Positions 60,084-64,000 of a stretch of 64,000 nt of DNA are shown piece after piece. Source of the stretch: Emiliania huxleyi CCMP1516. Taxonomy: Eukaryota. The position numbers and the translations under genes were made by a program. The stretch lies in assembly GCF_000372725.1 (NCBI RefSeq), contig NW_005201391.1:112736-176735 (forward strand), given 5' to 3'. Under the pieces are notes generated by a model. It saw only the letters and a program-made list of their open reading frames with translations. It was not told where the DNA came from and did not search any database. Within the stretch, counting starts at the first letter, position 1. The number at the start of each line of letters is the position of its first letter.

Positions 60084-60752
60084 TCCGTAATTTGAGTGGA
60101 GTGTTTGCTGGAAAGAATAAAGATGTTAGCGCGCAAGCCGCGAGCAGAGACCAGAGACTCGCCTCTCGCGCAGAGCGGTCTCCCAGAGTCGCGGCACACG
60201 CCACTGGGCAGAGTGTGCATACTGATTCTGATACAGGGCCCACAGACACGTGCACAGACAGGAGGAGGGGAGAGAGGTGAGAGCGGTGAGCGCAGCCACG
60301 TTCGGTTGAGCCAGAGCGCAGCGGGAGACGAGAGACCGAGTCGCCGTTGGGGCTGAGACAGGCGGCGAGCAAAGGCGGCGAGAGAAGCAGAAGGCCGTGA
60401 TGCGTGAGGACACCGTGAGCCCCGACGCGAGGCGCTGTGGAGGGTTAGACGCCCGCTCGGAGACAAGCGCCTCTACCGGTCCTCTCTGAACGGTCAGCGG
60501 GCCGAAGCGGTAATCTTCCTCCCGGCGGAGTATACCAATTCTTTTTTGCTTGGCGTATTAAAAGTACGCAGGTTGCACCCTGTAAAATCGTCGAGATTGC
60601 CCGAGGTGGTAAAGAGGGCGGGGAGGATCGCGAATGTGTTTGAATCCTGCGCAACGTATATACCGACCGCGTAAAAGGTCCCCGATAACTCGGGTGTTCT
60701 CGCTCGGGCTCGTGTGCTCGTGCGGGCGGACATAACGCAGTCTACAATCTCC

Positions 60753-61538
60753 ATGGCCTCAACCCAGTCAGCCGTGTTGAGGTTCAGCCTGGACGAGATC
60801 ATCGGGATATCACTGTCTGAGATCGAGGGCGCCGCTGGAGAGCTTTCGAGTAGCAACGACACCCCCCGAACATGCCTACGCTGCGGGACGCAGTCCACAC
60901 CAAAGTGGCGGAGAGGCGGAAGCCTCTGCAATGCTTGCGGGCTGCGAGACAACAACTGGCGGCGCACGAGTGGAGTGTCTGGCGGGGTGGCGGCAGAACG
61001 ACCCGGGGCGAAGGATTGGGATGAAGCAGCACCAAAGCGCACGAAGAAAATGCGTGGATCTTCGCAGCCTAGAATGAAGGGGGGGGATGGGGACTCAGAG
61101 GGCGAATCGCGCTCGAAACCTCCGAGTCGCGGCTGGAAAATATCGCCTACTGCTGTGGATACCAGCGCCGAGCCTCCCTGCCGCACGCCCTCCCTGGCCT
61201 CAGCGGCAGGCTGCTCATCGAGCGCTGCAGCGGTAGGCGACACTTGTGCCACCGCCTGTGCTGCTGAGGCCATGGCAGTGCATGTCGCGTGCGTGCAGGA
61301 TGCTGTGAGCGGGCCAGCGCCGTCGCTGCTGACTTCACCAACTATGCCGTGTGGTGGGGCTCTCCTGCCGACATTGGTCTTGGCATCGAGCACGGTGTGC
61401 AATAGCGTGGCTTTCCCAACCTTCCCCTGTCCCTCCTCCCACCACTCATGTGCATACTGCCACAGCTGTGGTTGGCAACAGGCTGAAGGACCCGTAAGCA
61501 ACGTGACGCCCAGCCACCCACCGCAGGAGTTCTTGTGA
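60753..61538 (+). CDS. GATA-type zinc finger protein
   Basis: CLRCGTQSTPKWRRGGSLCNACGLR. Confidence 0.75.
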   Translation: MASTQSAVLRFSLDEIIGISLSEIEGAAGELSSSNDTPRTCLRCGTQSTPKWRRGGSLCNACGLRDNNWRRTSGVSGGVAAERPGAKDWDEAAPKRTKKMRGSSQPRMKGGDGDSEGESRSKPPSRGWKISPTAVDTSAEPPCRTPSLASAAGCSSSAAAVGDTCATACAAEAMAVHVACVQDAVSGPAPSLLTSPTMPCGGALLPTLVLASSTVCNSVAFPTFPCPSSHHSCAYCHSCGWQQAEGPVSNVTPSHPPQEFL

Positions 61539-61999
61539 GTTTGCGAAAGACCCGGAGCTCAACTCATCTTCGTTGGACGGGCGCTCCCATGCTTGCTGCT
61601 ACGTGGGCTTGTGGCAGGAACTGCAATAGAGCAGTGACAGGCTCATAGCCCCGGTTGTGCCGAGCAGGCCAGTGCCGCTTGAACGACCACATCGCTTGGC
61701 GCGGTGAGCACCGCGAGTGCCGCACAGCGCGAGCGCGCGGGCGAGCGCGGGCGAGCGCCGCCGCTGCCGCCAGCGCGGGCGTGCGCCGCCCAGTGCGGGC
61801 GTGCGCCGACAAACGGTGACACAAAGAGGGGACATTGCGCGCGCCTGCGGTGTGATTGGTGAATTCTCTTCCATCTTCGTCTCAATTCTCTTCGTTTCGC
61901 GCTTTCGACTATTCGACAGTACGGCATGCGTACTCTCGACCGCGGCCTGCCCGACGCGTTGCAGATGCCATTCGTCCGCTCTGCCGCCCTGCGTCGTCA

Positions 62000-63227
62000 T
62001 CTGGTGAGTCATCTGCGACCCGAATCGATGTGCAGCACCATTATGTGCCGTCCTGGTTTGCAGACAAGGTAATCTGACCATCGCCGCCTGCATTCACCAT
62101 ATACGCGCGAATCCATAGCACGCGACACAGGTAAACTCCGTCACCAGGTGTCGCCACTAGTCGACGGGCTTCCAGTGCCGTCGTGGAGCGCTGAGACGGC
62201 GCGGGAGCTCGCCAATGCGTCTGAAATCAGGAAGGCGGTGCTCAGCGTGCCCCACGACCTCGGCGCTTCGCTCGGCAGTGCAACGCCGAGATGGCGGCGC
62301 TGTGCGCCACGGACCCGCTCTTTGCCTTCTTTGCAGCGCTGCCGGACCCTGACGTGGACATCGAGGCGTGCATCGAGGAGGTGTGGTCACTCCCTCGCTA
62401 GATCACTCTTGCTCGTTCGACGCATCTCACCACCCTCCTGCGTCACGCGGAGGCGGAGCGCGCATTCGACGAGCTCGGCGCGGTGGGCGTCGGGATGTTT
62501 ACGTCGTACGGACAGGCTCACACCACTTTCCCAGGGGATGCCTCTTTTGAGTCGCTGTGGGCGTTCCTCAACGAGCGTGCGATCTGATCTACAGCGGAAC
62601 CAAGGGCGCCCATCCCGACGTCGCGATCATCCTTTCGCACGCAGGCGGCACGCTCCCGTTTATCGCGCAGGCGCCCGCAAGCCACGGAGCCCGCCAGGCC
62701 AGACACCACCCCGAATGCGGCATCTTGACTCCCCTCTGGTGTGCCACAGCGGGCTGCCTTCAGTGGGCCCCTAGCGCGGGCATACGCCTCTCCAATCTCT
62801 GCAGCCCAAGGGCCCTTCGCAGAGGAGGACCCGGCGGAGTTCATGGCGCTGGCGCGCAGCTTCTATTTCGACACCGCCCTCTCCGGCGATCCACTCGTGA
62901 TGCAGGTGGGAGGCATGAATCGCCCTGCCCTTGCTGCTCCCCTCTCCGCGCCGCTGCCTGCCCCCCACCACTGCCCCCCTCGGCTCCACCGGCCGCCACT
63001 TCCATTCCGCATCGTGTAGACCCTCGCGTCCTTCCTGGGAGAAGAGGCCCACGCGCAACGCGTGCTCTACGCAACCGACTTCCCGTTCGTGCCCCATCCG
63101 GCGGTCCAGCTGCAGGACGCGGGGCTGAACGCGTACTTGGAAACCACCGGCTCGGACGACGTGTCCGAGGCCATCTGCCACGGCAATGCCGAGGCCCTCT
63201 TTCCGCAGCTTGGATCCACCGCATAGT
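62000..63227 (+). pseudogene. Amidohydrolase_2 (ACMSD/decarboxylase-like) gene, multi-exon, apparently internally deleted
   Basis: RIDVQHHYVP, ILSHAGGTLPFIA, FYFDTA, VLYATDFPF, GNAEALFP. Frame break at ~62580 where the HP motif region is missing. Confidence 0.65.
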
Positions 63228-63575
63228 CCGCAATGCGGAAAGAAAGAATCTTACAACAAAACGCTCTCTCACAACACTACTCACTAGGCACGGGACTGGC
63301 GCGCACCTCTGGCACTAACACTGTGGGGCATACACATTACCGACCTACACACCAATACAACGGCTTTATGCACAAACCACAATAAGCGCGAAGACGAGAA
63401 AACGAAGTGAAGAAAACTCTACCTCGACGCTCTACTACCGCACGCTCTAGCCTCTAGGGCTGGGAGAAGGAGAGAGTAGAGAGTGGCCCCCACCCGCACC
63501 GTGCAGGGATTAGTTTGACGTATATTGTGTACACAGTGATCTGTAAGGGTCCGCCCGCAGTAGAGAGAGAACCGC

Positions 63576-63954
63576 TAGGGTTGCCTAACGTTAGGAGCTG
63601 AACAGTGTTGCTAGTGTTAACAGTAACAACAGAACAACAGTGGGGCTTCCCAACAACAGTAGCTAACGTTAGGCCGACTGAACAACAGTAAGGAAGGCCT
63701 GGCAGTGACCCACGACGATCTCTAGTGTCCAGTGCGGGTAATACCCGAAAATACCCGCCGGGAAAACCCAGGTATTTTCGGGTTTTACCCGGGTTTTTTG
63801 CGCCATTTTCTGCTCTTGCTGGCCGCTGAACAACACAGTAACAACAGTAACAAACAGTAACAGCATGGGCTGGGGTGAACACTTGAACAACGTTGAGGAT
63901 TTCAGCCAACAATAGCGCAACTGTTAGGCCCCAAATTAACGTTAGGCAACCCTA
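63576..63954. mobile_element. hAT-type MITE
   Basis: 18-bp perfect TIR TAGGGTTGCCTAACGTTA. Perfect 8-bp TSD AGAACCGC (63568-63575, 63955-63962). AACAGT subterminal repeats. Confidence 0.92.
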
Positions 63955-64000
63955 AGAACCGCATTAAAACTTTTTTATCCGATTCGTTTTAACATTTTTA

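Overview
GC-rich eukaryotic nuclear DNA. It has short GC-AG/GT-AG introns packed with 10-11-bp tandem repeats and (CA)n/(GA)n tracts. This architecture resembles a haptophyte such as Emiliania/Gephyrocapsa huxleyi, which is an inference. About 20 genes or gene remnants are recognisable: glutaredoxin-thioredoxin fusion, DOT1-like methyltransferase, SP-RING protein, CIR1-like protein, serine beta-lactamase-like protein, TLC membrane protein, lysophospholipid acyltransferase, a triuret-hydrolase-like multi-domain amidase, Mpv17/PMP22, PA+LON-N protein, RINGv, WKF protein, DsbA-like protein, GATA finger, amidohydrolase, and ankyrin and RCC1 pseudogenes. There is also one tRNA-Cys. The intergenic space is dense with mobile DNA whose ends can be read from the sequence: 5'-truncated LINE copies with 10-13-bp TSDs (one target site hit twice), three hAT-type elements with 8-bp TSDs (one carrying a chromodomain), a MULE-type element with a 9-bp TSD nested in a Tourist-like MITE, foldback MITEs, and an unclassified TIR-less repeat family. 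The most interesting items are the TrtA-like three-domain fusion, the chromodomain-bearing hAT element, the unclassified family that LINEs keep landing beside, and introns bounded by direct repeats. Exon boundaries were read by eye and are approximate unless stated.
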